A DNA stretch of 64,000 nucleotides from the NCBI RefSeq assembly GCF_006345805.1, contig NC_042997.1, positions 212,164,001 to 212,228,000 of the forward strand, written 5' to 3'. Source of the DNA: Octopus sinensis. Lineage: Eukaryota. Under the pieces are notes generated by a model. That model did no database searches, was not told where the DNA came from, and saw only the letters and a program-made list of their open reading frames with translations. Shown one piece after another: positions 28,155 to 39,720 of this stretch (its first letter is position 1; each line of letters opens with the position of its first letter). Both the position numbers and the translations under genes were made by a program.

Positions 28155-28575
28155 TACACACACACATATATATATATTTATATATATATATACACATATA
28201 CATATATATATATATACACATATACATATATATATATATACACATATACATATATACACACATATATATACATATATACATATACATATATACATATATA
28301 CACATATATATATATACACATATACATATATATATATACACATATATATATATATATACACATATACATATATATATACGCATATACATATATATATACA
28401 CATATATATATATACACACATATACATATATATATACGCATATACATATATATATACACATATATATATATACACACATATACATATATATATACACACA
28501 TATACATATATATATACACATATATATATATACACACATATATATATATATATACACATATATATATATATATAT

Positions 28576-28618
<43 letters not shown>

Positions 28619-28796
28619 TATATATACACACATATATATATATACACACACATATATATTATATACATACATATATATATATATACACACACATATATAT
28701 ATATACATACATATAATATATATATATACACACCACACATATATATACACACACATATATATTATATATACACACATATATATATATATATATAAT

Positions 28797-28850
<54 letters not shown>
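28155..28850. repeat. (TA)n/(CA)n compound microsatellite
   Basis: Directly visible. Confidence 0.97.
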
Positions 28851-28917
28851 CCCATGCTAGCATGGAAAACGGACGCTAAACGATGATGATGATGATGATA
28901 TATATATATACATACAC

Positions 28918-28927
28918 ATATGTAAAC

Positions 28928-28960
<33 letters not shown>

Positions 28961-29602
28961 TATATATACACACACACATATATATATACATGTGTATATA
29001 TATCGTCATTGTTTAACATCTGTTTTCCATGCTAGCATGGGTTGATCGGTTTGACCGGGGTCTGGGAAGCCAGGAGGCTGTACCAAATTCCAGTCTGATC
29101 TGGCAATGTTCCTACGGCTGGATGCCCTTCCTAATGCCAACCACTCCATGAGTGTAGTGGGTGCTTTTTACGTGCCACCGGCATGGAAGCCAGTCAAGGC
29201 GGAGCTGGCATTGGCCAAATTTGGCTGATGCTTTTTACATGCCACTGGCATGGGTATCATCATCATCATCGTTTAGCGTCCGTTTTCCATGCTAGCATAG
29301 TGGCATGTAAAAAGCATCAGCCAAATGTGGCCAATGCCAGCGCCGCCTTGACTGGCTTCCATGCCGGTGGCACGTAAAAAGCACCCACTACACTCATGGA
29401 GTAGTTGGCATTAGGAAGGGCACCCAGCTGTAGAAACACTACCAGATCAGACTGGCTCCTGGCTTCCCAGACCCCAGTCAAACCGTTCAACCCATGCTAG
29501 CATGGAAAACAGATGTTAAACAATGACGATATATATATATATATACACATGTATATATATATGTGTGTGTCTGTATATATATGTATGTGTGTATATATAT
29601 AT
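28918..29602. repeat. About 680-bp inverted duplication of an RTE 3' end plus its flanking microsatellite
   Basis: 28918-29250 is the reverse complement of 29300-29602, including private variants (TCGTCATTGTTTAACATCTGTTTTCC) and the flank TGTAAACATA. Confidence 0.88.
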
Positions 29603-29683
29603 ATGTTTACATACTACAATTTCCATTTGATTTTCATTTTGATGTACTTGACTCAATAGGTCACCTTAAGCACAGCAGGTCGC

Positions 29684-29739
<56 letters not shown>

Positions 29740-29770
29740 TCAGGGTGAGTACTTGATAATATATATATTA

Positions 29771-29818
<48 letters not shown>

Positions 29819-29965
29819 GTAAAAATAATTACAGACATGGACAAGAACATGAAACACCACAGAGACGACACAAGAACCACAGGACGGGACATTCGAAGCC
29901 CTCAGTCATCAGTCAAGAACCAGATCATCTTAGCAATTTCGGCTGATTAATCTTGAATATATATA

Positions 29966-32217
29966 TATCATCATCATCATCGTTTAACGTCCGCTTTCCA
30001 TGCTAGCATGGGTTGGATGAATGACTGAGGGCTGGCAGACCAGATGGCTGCACCAGGCATCAGTCTTGATCTGGCAGAGTTTCTACAGCTGGATGCCCTT
30101 CCTAATGCCAACCACTCCGGGAGTGTAGTGGGTGCGTTTACGTGCCACCAGCACAGGGCCAGTCAGGCAGTACTGGCAACGACCTCACTCGAATCTATTA
30201 ACACATGCCACCGGCACGGAGGCCAGATAGCCGCTCTGGCAACGATCATGATTGGATGGTGCTCTTAATATCCTACTAGCACGGGGCTCGAGTGCCAGTA
30301 AGGCGACGCTGGTAGCGATCACGCTCGAATGGTGCCTTTTAAGTGCCACTGGCACGGAAGCCGGTTAGCCGCTCTGTCAATGATCACACTCGTATGGTAC
30401 TCTTTGCACCCTGCTAGCACGTACGCCAGTCATTAAATTTGATTTTGATTTCACTTGCCTCAACAGGACTTCACAAGCAGAGTTTTAGTGTCCAAAGAAC
30501 GGAAAAGTACACATAAGTGGGCTGGTAACGCCCCTGGCATAGGCCATGAGATTATGGTCTCATTTGGCTTGCCAGGTCTTCTCACGCACGGCATATTTCC
30601 AAAAGTCTCGGTCACTAGTCATTTCCTCTGTGAGGCCCAAAGTTCGAAGGTCGTGCTTCACCACTTCATCCCAGGTCTTCCTGGGTCTACCTCTTCCACA
30701 GGTTCCCTCAACCGCTAGGGTGTGGCACTTTTTCACGCAGCTATCCTCATTCATTCTCGCTACATGACCATACCAGCGTAGTCGTCTCTCTTGTACACCA
30801 CATCTAATGCTTCTTAGGTCCAACTTTTCTCTCAAGGTACTTACACTCTGTCGAGTATGAACACTGACATTACACATCCAGCAGAGCATACTGGCTTCAT
30901 TCCTTGTGAGCTTACACATATCCTCAGCAGTCACGGCCCTCATTTCACTGCTGTGTAGCATGGCTGTTTGTATCAAGCGTCATACAGTCTACCTTTTACT
31001 CTGAGTGAGAGGCCCTTTGTTACCAGCAGAGATAAGAGCTCTCTGAACTTTGCCCAAGCTATTCTTATTCTAGCAGCTACACTTTCAGAGCACCCTCCTC
31101 CACTACTGCCATGCTCACCTAGGTAATGGAAGCTATCAACTACTTCTAGTTTTTCTCCCTGGAATGTGGCGGAAGTTGTTCTCTGCACATTTTCAGTGTT
31201 ATTTATTGCTCCTGAGCATCTGCCACATACAAAAACTATCTTCCTAGTTAGCCTTCCTTTGATATTTCTGCACCTCTTACGTGTCCATAGCTTACACTGG
31301 GTACATCTTATAGAGTTTCTACCTATGCCTCTACTACAGATCAAACAGTGCCATCTACCTGAAGGGATTTGTGGTTTGCCTGCCTTCCTACTGATTAGGA
31401 CTTTGGTTTTAGCTAGGTTGACTCTAAGGCCCTTCAATTCTAATCCTTGTTTCCACACTTGAAACTTTTCCTCAAGTTCTGATAGTGACTCAGCAATTAG
31501 AGCAAGGTCATTAGCATAGAGAAGCTCCCAGGGGCATCCTGTCTTGAATTCCTCCGTTATTGCCTGGAGGACTATGATAAATAGGAGGGGACTGAGGACT
31601 GAACCTTGGTGGACCCCAACCTCTACCCTGAATTCTTCACTGTACTCGGTGCCAACCCTCACCTTACTGACAGCATCCCTGTACATGGCTTGCACGGATC
31701 TCACTAACCATTCATCTATCTCTAGTTTGCTCAATGACCATCAGATAAGGGATCGGGGGACCCTGTCAAAGGCTTTCTCCATGTCAACGAAAGCCAGGTA
31801 CAGGGGCTTATCTTTGGCTAGGTGTTTCTCCTGCAGCTGTTTTACCAGAAATATGGCATCAGTGGTGCTTTTCCCTGGCACGAAACCAAACTGCATCTCA
31901 TCTAAACTAACTCTTTCCCTAATTAGTTGGGCTATGACCCTTTCCGTGCCCTTCATTACCTAATCCAACAACTTGATACCTCTGTAATTATTTGTATCTA
32001 AAGCATCATCTTTACCTTTGTAGCAGTTGACTATAGTGTTGCTACACCAGTCATTGGGTATGATTCCTTCGTGTATCACCTGGTTAACTATATGGGTGAC
32101 TAGGCTATAACCGACACTGCCAGATATTTTGAGCATCTCTGCAGTAATTCCTGATGGGCCTGGGGCTTTCCCTGTCTTCATACTTCTAATTGCCTTATCT
32201 ACCAAGGTACTGTCAAC

Positions 32218-32218
<1 letters not shown>
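29966..32218 (-). mobile_element. 5'-truncated RTE-clade LINE (~2.25 kb)
   Basis: RT domain, C-terminal GRGRPRKTWDEVV motif, ~590-bp 3' UTR and (GAT)n tail. Confidence 0.95.
30560..32218 (-). pseudogene. RTE reverse transcriptase pseudogene
   Basis: GKAPGPSG, NNYRGIKLL, QFGFVPGKST, AFVDMEKAFDRV, GVHQGSVLSPLLF, LLYANDL (YADD mutated to YAND). Broken by stops and a frameshift. Confidence 0.95.
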
Positions 32219-32253
<35 letters not shown>

Positions 32254-32428
32254 TACACCTATACACACACATATATATATATATAAGTTAAAACCCTCAT
32301 TAAGGGATAATTAAATCCAATAAATATACTGGTTTATTACGCATAGCAAGAAGCATTGCATAATTACAATTAATATTCAACAGCAAGGGAACTGGATAAA
32401 CCAGGGTGTACTTATATTTTTAAGAAAA

Positions 32429-32490
32429 TAAGAAAAGAGAGATAATTAAATTAATTAATAATTGTTAATTTAATTATCTCTATTTTCTTA
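32429..32490. repeat. AT-rich hairpin with 26-bp arms
   Basis: TAAGAAAAGAGAGATAATTAAATTAA versus TTAATTTAATTATCTCTATTTTCTTA: 25/26 complementary with a 10-nt loop. Confidence 0.85.
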
Positions 32491-32504
32491 TATATATATA
32501 TATA

Positions 32505-32795
32505 TCATCATTTAACAACCATTGTCCATGCTGGCAAGCTGGAAGGTTGCACCCAACTCCATTCTGTTTTGGTATGGTTGCTAAAGCTGGATGCCCTTCC
32601 TAATGCCAACCACTCCAAGAGTGTAGTGGGTGCTTTTACGAGCCACCAGCGCAGGTGCCATTTAGGATGGACATCCAGCCGTGGAGACCATGGCAAATCA
32701 GACCGGAGTCTGGTGCAGCCTTCCAGCTGACCAGCACTTGTCAAACCGTCCAAACCATGCTAGCATGGACAACGGATGTTAAATGATGATGATGT
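32505..32795. mobile_element. Head-to-head pair of RTE 3' ends
   Basis: Minus copy ~32505-32660 abuts a plus copy ~32660-32795; tails point outwards. Confidence 0.8.
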
Positions 32796-33108
32796 ATGTA
32801 TAAACACACACACATATATATATAATATGAGAGGTATTGGTATCCAGAAGACTCCAAAGGCAAGTAAGGCTATGTAAATGCTACAGAAGGACTGCTGAAA
32901 TAACAAAATATGAACTGCTATTGGAATTTACATACCAAGGACAAGAAGACACTTGACCCGTTCTACACAGCAGATTCATTGGATAATGGAACACCAACTT
33001 TAACATCCAACATATATTTTTATTCTCGTATTTCCCTTTAGACTTCCACCATTTCTCCCTTTCTTATGTAGTAAACTCTACTATTTCCTTCTGTTTCCTT
33101 CTATCTCC

Positions 33109-33157
33109 ATCTCTGATGATGGGATATCTTCTAAATCCCTGAACCCAGCTGTAAGAC
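33109..33157 (+). ncRNA. Degenerate Penelope-type minimal hammerhead motif (second family)
   Basis: ATCT-CTGATGA-T-GGGAT(atcttctaa)ATCCC-T-GAACC-CAGCT-GTA-AGAC: perfect 5-bp stem II, palindromic CAGCTG, GTA triplet. The GAAA box is mutated. Confidence 0.45.
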
Positions 33158-34078
33158 TATCTTTCTCTTTATAAATGTCCTAGAAATATCACACTGCCTT
33201 GGCCTTATTATATCATTTTACTTAAAACACACACACACACACACACACATATATTTGAAAAAGTAAAAGAAAGGTAGTTCTAATCAATCTAATTTTCTAA
33301 TAATATAATTTTAAAGTTTGGTTTGTAGATCTGAGTAAGTTCTTTGTTAACTTTGGTGGGGAGATTCTGTTAAAGATTCCATGTTAACTTTCTCACATTC
33401 ATCAGTGGTGGTTGTCAAACAGATCTCAGGTTGTGTTGTGCTGTGTGATTCTATAATTAAAAGAGATTTGGATATTTGGGTTGGGGTTTATTAATAATAA
33501 GTGTGAGAGTGGGGGAGTATTGAAGAATAAGAGCTGAAAGAAAATAATGAATGGTAAAAACAAGATAACTGATGGAGGGTGGTGGGGTATTTAGGGAGTG
33601 TTTTATGAAGCCTTTGTGAAAGTATCCTCTTGATGGTTCCATTTGAATAGTTGACCTTTGGTGGAAAATAAAATGGTCAGATGTTTTTCAAATTCTTTTC
33701 TTATGACTGAATCAACTTCATTTTGTTTTTCACTGGTAATCCTCCCTTGTAAAATTAACTTATAAAATTAATGTATATTATATCATCAGAAAATTAAATT
33801 AATTAGAACTACCAGTGAAGTCATTCTTTTCCTTTTTCAAACATACCCAGCTGTAGGAAGGATTTCACACACACACACAAAAATATTCAAGAAAATAGAT
33901 TTAGAGGCCAGGACTCATCTACAAAAACATTTAGAAAACAGAAAAAATCTGAAAGTAAAGAACATCAAGAGGAATTTCGAAAGAATCATTCCGAATCTAG
34001 AAAATTTGCATAAAACATAATAAAAGAGCATAAATGAAAAGAAATATCTCGTGAGATAATTACTAAGAAATGAGTATA

Positions 34079-34128
<50 letters not shown>

Positions 34129-34164
34129 ACAAGGGAGTCATTTATTCAAGAAGCTAAAAGAAAA

Positions 34165-34881
34165 CTTTATTTACATTATTTACAATTGATGGATATTTGT
34201 CCTCATCTTGTTTGTTGTTAACACAATGTTTTGGTTGATATACCCTTCCAGCCTTCATCAGGTGTCTTGGAGAAATTTCGAACCTGGGTTCTCATTCCTA
34301 AGGTATTTTTCGATATTATTATCCTTATTATTATTATTGAGTGAGAGAGCAGTGCATGCCATCAAAGTGACACTGGGGTAAAATATACGAAGCCCAATAT
34401 ACCCATCATGAATACCCGTCTGATAAAGGTACACCAGGCACATGCATCACAACCATATGTGCGCGACATGGTGATCTCATATCAAGATAAACAGCACATG
34501 ACCTTGCAGGTGGGGCCCAGTTAGAATTTTCTTCAGGTTGAGTAGCCCATCCCGCTCAAAAGGTCCCTGAATAAGGGTTGTTTAAGGATGTTGAAAGAAC
34601 CACCCATGTTTCCAGAGGTGAATTATTCAAACCCCAAAGAATCCCTCTCAACACATGGCTATGATGCTCCCCCACTACTTCTGCTCATGATCAGAGATGC
34701 ACATATCGTCAGCCACTAAGGGACATGCTCAACTGGTTAAGGTCAAACAACTGACAAGCAAATCTGTGGTATTGAGCAGAATATTTGCTGTAGCCCATCT
34801 TTTATACCAAGACAAAACAATGTACATGATAACACTTCCAATCAGTTAAGATCAGAAGCCATGAGAGCCACTGCCTGGGAC

Positions 34882-34913
<32 letters not shown>

Positions 34914-35101
34914 TTTAATAATAATAATATTGGAAAATACCTTAGGAATGAGAACCCAGGTTTGAAATTTCTCCAAGACACCTGATGAAGGCTAGAGGGT
35001 ATATCAACCAAAACATTGTGTTAACAACAAACAAGATGAGGACAAATATCCATCAACTGTAAATAATGTACATAATTCCTCATCTTTTCAATATAGAACT
35101 G
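34165..35101. mobile_element. Second head-to-head inverted pair of the hammerhead-like element, split by an insertion
   Basis: Arms 34165-34338 and ~34915-35101 are reverse complements and homologous to 6914-7400. Confidence 0.85.
34339..34872. mobile_element. About 530-bp unclassified non-coding element inserted in (ATT)n
   Basis: Higher-GC block with abrupt boundaries (ATTATT|GAGTGAGAGAGCAG...GCCTGGGAC|TTATTATT). No ORF, TIR or poly-A. Confidence 0.6.
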
Positions 35102-35574
35102 TAAAAGAAAACTATTTCATGTGAAGAACTTTGAAAATGTTGTGTGAAAAAACTAAGACTACATAATTAATAGGAACATGATGGCACTGATTTGTTCTGC
35201 TTTTTATATTTAACCCTACAGTCTCTTATGTGGTGGTTTAATAAAGCATGTGATTAAGTATTATCTGGTAATTGATATTTGATTTAGATGTATTTCTCCA
35301 TTTTCTTATCTTGTATTAGTAATTTATGGTAAATCATTTTACCTTTGCCCATATAATACAGTAAATGAATTGATTGCATCGCAATCATTAACATTTATGT
35401 ATTAACTTTGTTGGGGACTTCACTAGCAGTATATTGGATATATGTTATCCCATGGAGGGTTGCATTTACAACCCCTATTTCAATTTGTATATATATATAT
35501 ACACAAACATATTCACACACACACATACATATGTTAGTAACTAACTAACATATGTATGTGTGTGTGTGAATATG

Positions 35575-35890
35575 TTTGTGTTTGTCCCCCACCAACATCA
35601 CTTGACAACCGATGCTGGTGTGTTTACATCCCCATAACTTAGGAGTTCGTCAAAAGAGACCGATAGAATAAGTACTAGGCTTACAAAGAATAAGTCCTGG
35701 GTTGATTTGCTTGACTAAAAGGCAGTACTCCAGCATGGCCACAGTCAAATGACTGAAACAAGTAAAAGAGTAATCGTTCACATGCTGTCTCTGCAATCAG
35801 AGTTAATTCCACCAAGGTCAGCCTGACCTTTCATCCGTTTAAGATCAATGAAATAAGTACCAGTTGAGTACTGGGGGCAATTCAATTTAC
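35575..35890 (+). mobile_element. 3' half of SINE family A followed by a fragment of SINE family B
   Basis: GATAGAATAAGTACTAGGC...CCAGCATGGCCACAGTC, then GACCTTTCATCCGTTT...TAAGTACCAGTTG. Confidence 0.8.
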
Positions 35891-36263
35891 TTAGCCCCCC
35901 CCCTCCACAGAATTTCAGACCTAATGACTATAGGAGAAAGGATTATTATTACTTTAAATCTATTTTTCTGTTGAAATGTTCCCCGTCCTCTTCCCAGGCA
36001 GCTGACTCTGTCTTCCTGCCCAGGTGACACCACTCTATGCAGGGACATTTAAGTTGGTCATATCTGGCTAAAATATTCTACTAGTTTTATGGTTAAACTG
36101 GCCAGATCCAGCCTCTCACACCAACCCTACAATGTCATTCTAAAAATAAACAATCACATTATCAAACCCTCAATGCTTCTAGATGACACATGATTAATTC
36201 AAAACAGTTTTTAATAAATAAGGATTATATTTGACAGAGTAATCTGAGGGCTAAAGACATGTT

Positions 36264-36714
36264 TGTAGTGACGTCATATTCCAGTGTGCGCACAGGCAAC
36301 GTCATTCTTCAGTGTGCGTGTGCAGAACGTCCTTCTTCAGTGTGCGTGTGCGGGGTTGGAACCTTCTGGAAAGGCATAAGGAAGTTCCCTCATGCACATG
36401 CGCTAGAGACTGAAGAAGAAATTCTATCGCGTTCCTTAATAGCGTCGTGGACTTGAGACATGGCGATAGAAGAGAAAGGACGTATTTTCATACGTGTGAT
36501 CAGCATATTCTCCTGTCCCAGACACTTAGGATTTAACCTGTTCTATTAATGCTGAATTGTTGTAAGAAGCTTACAAACGTTAGAATTCAGCCTTGCTGTG
36601 TTGAACTAGGTGGATACCAGTATACCATCGTGTTTCATTGTTGAATAAGAGAATAAAGAATTGTATATATTTCTAAACTCGCGTTTCGTTCCTGACTGGT
36701 AGTTTCTAGAAACA
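36264..36714 (+). mobile_element. Probable solo LTR (451 bp)
   Basis: Starts TGTAGTG, ends GAAACA, AATAAA at 36652, CpG-rich with short internal tandem repeats. No TSD found. Confidence 0.45.
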
Positions 36715-36924
36715 AAAAGGAAATTGTGTTGCACCCAAGTTGCACCCCAAAAGTGTAAAGAAGCAACCAGTTCCCTTTACATGTTCATTACCGAGTGCAG
36801 TAGTTGGGGGTAGACATAATGAGGATAAGACAAGAAAGGAGCTGCAGTAAGAATGTCATAGGGAAACATTTCAGTGTGTTCACCTGATGAGAGCAGACAA
36901 AGTTTCAACATGACCTGGTGCTTC

Positions 36925-37225
36925 AGCAAGGATCAAATCAAATGGAAATTGTAGTTGTGACCCCCGTGCTGGTAGCATGTAAAAAGCACCATCTGATCGT
37001 GGTCAATGCCAGCTTCTCTGGCCCCTGTGCCGGTGGCATGAAAAAAAACACCCACTACACTCTCGGAGTGGTTGGCATTGGGAAGGGCATCAAGCTGTAG
37101 GAACACTGCCAGATCAGATTGGAGCCTGGGGCAGCCTCCTGGCTTCCTAGACCCCACACAAACCATCCAACCCATGCTAACATGGAAAACGGACGTTAAA
37201 CGATGATGATGATGATGATGATTAA
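36925..37225 (+). mobile_element. RTE 3'-end copy
   Basis: Repeat units, core and (GAT)n tail. Confidence 0.85.
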
Positions 37226-38389
37226 GAATGTCGAAAGAATTAGACCAAATCTCTAAGGAATCACCTTGCTTCATGTCTGCTTTGGCATTGGTTGGATGGT
37301 TTGACCGGATCCAATAACTGGACGACAATATCAAACTCTAATGTCTGATTTGTCATTATTTCTACAGCTGGATGCCCTTCCTAATGCCAACAAGTTTATA
37401 GGGTATACTGGGCACTTTTTATGCAACACTGGTATTAATGAGGTCACCATGTGACTTGCAAGACATAGAAAGGAAAAAGAGAACAAGCTCCACCCCCACC
37501 ATACCCACCCTGAGTGTGTGGGGTTGCAGTAGAGGGGAGGTGGCTGTATGGCAGGTGTTTAGGTGATAAAATGTAACGGAGGAGGGAAAGACCCAGGTGT
37601 TCTGTTGTAGAAGAGATAGGTAGCTGCCCCTGCATTACACGAAGGAGGGTAGCTGTAATTGGAAGAAATCCACTGTGTCCACTTAGATTGGCTTTGTAAA
37701 TCTATTTCTGAATTGTAATCAGAATGAGAATTCAATGAGAAATTAATAACATGATTAATAAAACAAAGCCCTTGGGAGATCACAAATAAATTACATTTCC
37801 AATAACTTTAATAACGAGAACGTTGTGTTAATTCAACATGATGTATTCACAATTTTGATAAACACTTGAGATGAGTAAAGTCCGAACTAAATATTACAGC
37901 AATCACCATGTCGGGGATTATAAAATTTGACCCATCAATTACAAGGCATTAGCTTTCAGATTTTAATACTTGTATAAAACCAAAGAAGTATTAAAATAAA
38001 CAAATACAATGAGAATGTAGATGAAATCTGTTTAGACAAATCATTGATAGAGTATTCTTATATTAATAAGGATGGTGTAAGGAATTCGATTTTAAAATCT
38101 GAAAAACTTGTAAAAGAATTTTGAGCAATGACAGGGTACAACTTTGGAGACAGTTTCAAATTACTGAAAACAAATCGATAAATCAATGTGTGTGTGATAC
38201 ACACACACACACACACACACACGAATTAAAACTGTGGCCATCCATACATACAGGCATGTCCCCCGTTCCCTCTCTCAGCTGAGAGGTTCTTGTTTTGTGA
38301 GCTCACGGGTGCTGGTGCCATGTAAAAAGCTCCTGAGCTGCTGCCACATGAACACACGTGCTGGTGCCGTGTGAAAGCATCCAGTAAAT

Positions 38390-38670
38390 TCCGTAACCTT
38401 CATTACCTGATCCAATACCTTGATACTTCTATAATTATTTGTATCTAATGCACCACCTTTACCTCTGTAGCAGTTGACTATGGTGCTGCTACACCAGTCG
38501 TTGGGTATGACTCCTTCGTGTATCACCTGGTTAACTATACGGGTGACTAGGCTATAGCCAACACTACAAGATATTTTGAGCATCTCTGCGGTGATTCCTG
38601 ATGGGCTGGGGACTTTCCCTGTCTGCACACCTTTAATAGCATTATCTACCAAGGCACTGCCAATTTGGAA
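38390..38670 (-). pseudogene. RTE RT N-terminal fragment fused to 3' UTR-like sequence
   Basis: SALVDNAIKGVQTGKVPSPSGITAEMLK...NNYRSIKVLDQVMKVTE, homologous to 31960-32218. Confidence 0.88.
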
Positions 38671-38748
38671 TATACATATATATATATATATATACATACA
38701 TATCAATACATACCCCCAGCTACACATATATATATAGAGAGAGAGATA

Positions 38749-38779
<31 letters not shown>

Positions 38780-39299
38780 CAAATGGCTAATATAAGTTTG
38801 GTTTGGGTGAGAAGTTGGGATATTTCCAGAGAAGAACTCAACTGGATACTGGGTTATTAAAACTGTCAAGATCCAGCTGACGGCCAAAATACTTCTGGTA
38901 TAGAAAATCCATGCTTCATGATGATTATACTGTCATATAGTTTGGTGAAGGAAAGGACAAAGGAAATTCTTTAACTCTGAGATGCGTTAAAGAATTTTCT
39001 GTCTTCTTTTCATTGATATAATATATTGATAATAATAACATGACAACAAAAAGATGAATGAGACCTCGATATTATGTAAAATAGAGGAATTTATCTATAA
39101 ATATAATATGTGACAATTAGTCGGTTGCCATAATAAAACTCAGAGTTTCAGATGCCAGGGCTGAAGTCTGCTCTGGCATCTTATCAGCTATTAAGACAAA
39201 AACACGTTTTTGTCTTAATAACTGATAAGATGCTGGAGCAGGCTTCAGCCTCAACATCCAAAACTCTGAGTTTTATTATAACAACCAACTAACTGTCAC

Positions 39300-39720
39300 G
39301 TGCCGACGGCACGTAAAAAGTACCATTCAAGCGTGATCGTTACCAGCATCACCTTACTGGCACTTGGGCTGGTGGCATGTGAAAAACACCATTTGAGTGC
39401 GGCCGTTGCTAGTACCGCCTGACTGGCCCTCTTGCCGGTAGCATGTAAAAGCACACACTACATTCTCAGAGTGGTTGGCGCTAGGAAGGGCATCCAGCTG
39501 TAGAAACTCTGCCAGATCAGATTGGAGCCTGGTGCAGCCATCTGGTTCACCAGCCCTCAGTCAAACCGTCCAACTCATGCTCAAGTGGTATTTTTTATGT
39601 GCCACCTGCACAGGAGCCAGTCCAGCGGCAGACAATGAACTCACCCAAATGTTTTTCCTGTGCCAGTAAGGTGACACTGGTAACAATCACATGTGATTGG
39701 TGCTTTTTATGTACCATCTC
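39300..39720. mobile_element. RTE 3' UTR fragments (+ then -)
   Basis: GGCACGTAAAAAGTACC units and the AGGAAGGGCATCCAGCTG core. Confidence 0.8.

Noticed and set aside
33300-33810. Possible Penelope RT/GIY-YIG relic on the minus strand (KELTQIYKPNF)
   Set aside because: Only one weak motif among many stops; insufficient to annotate.
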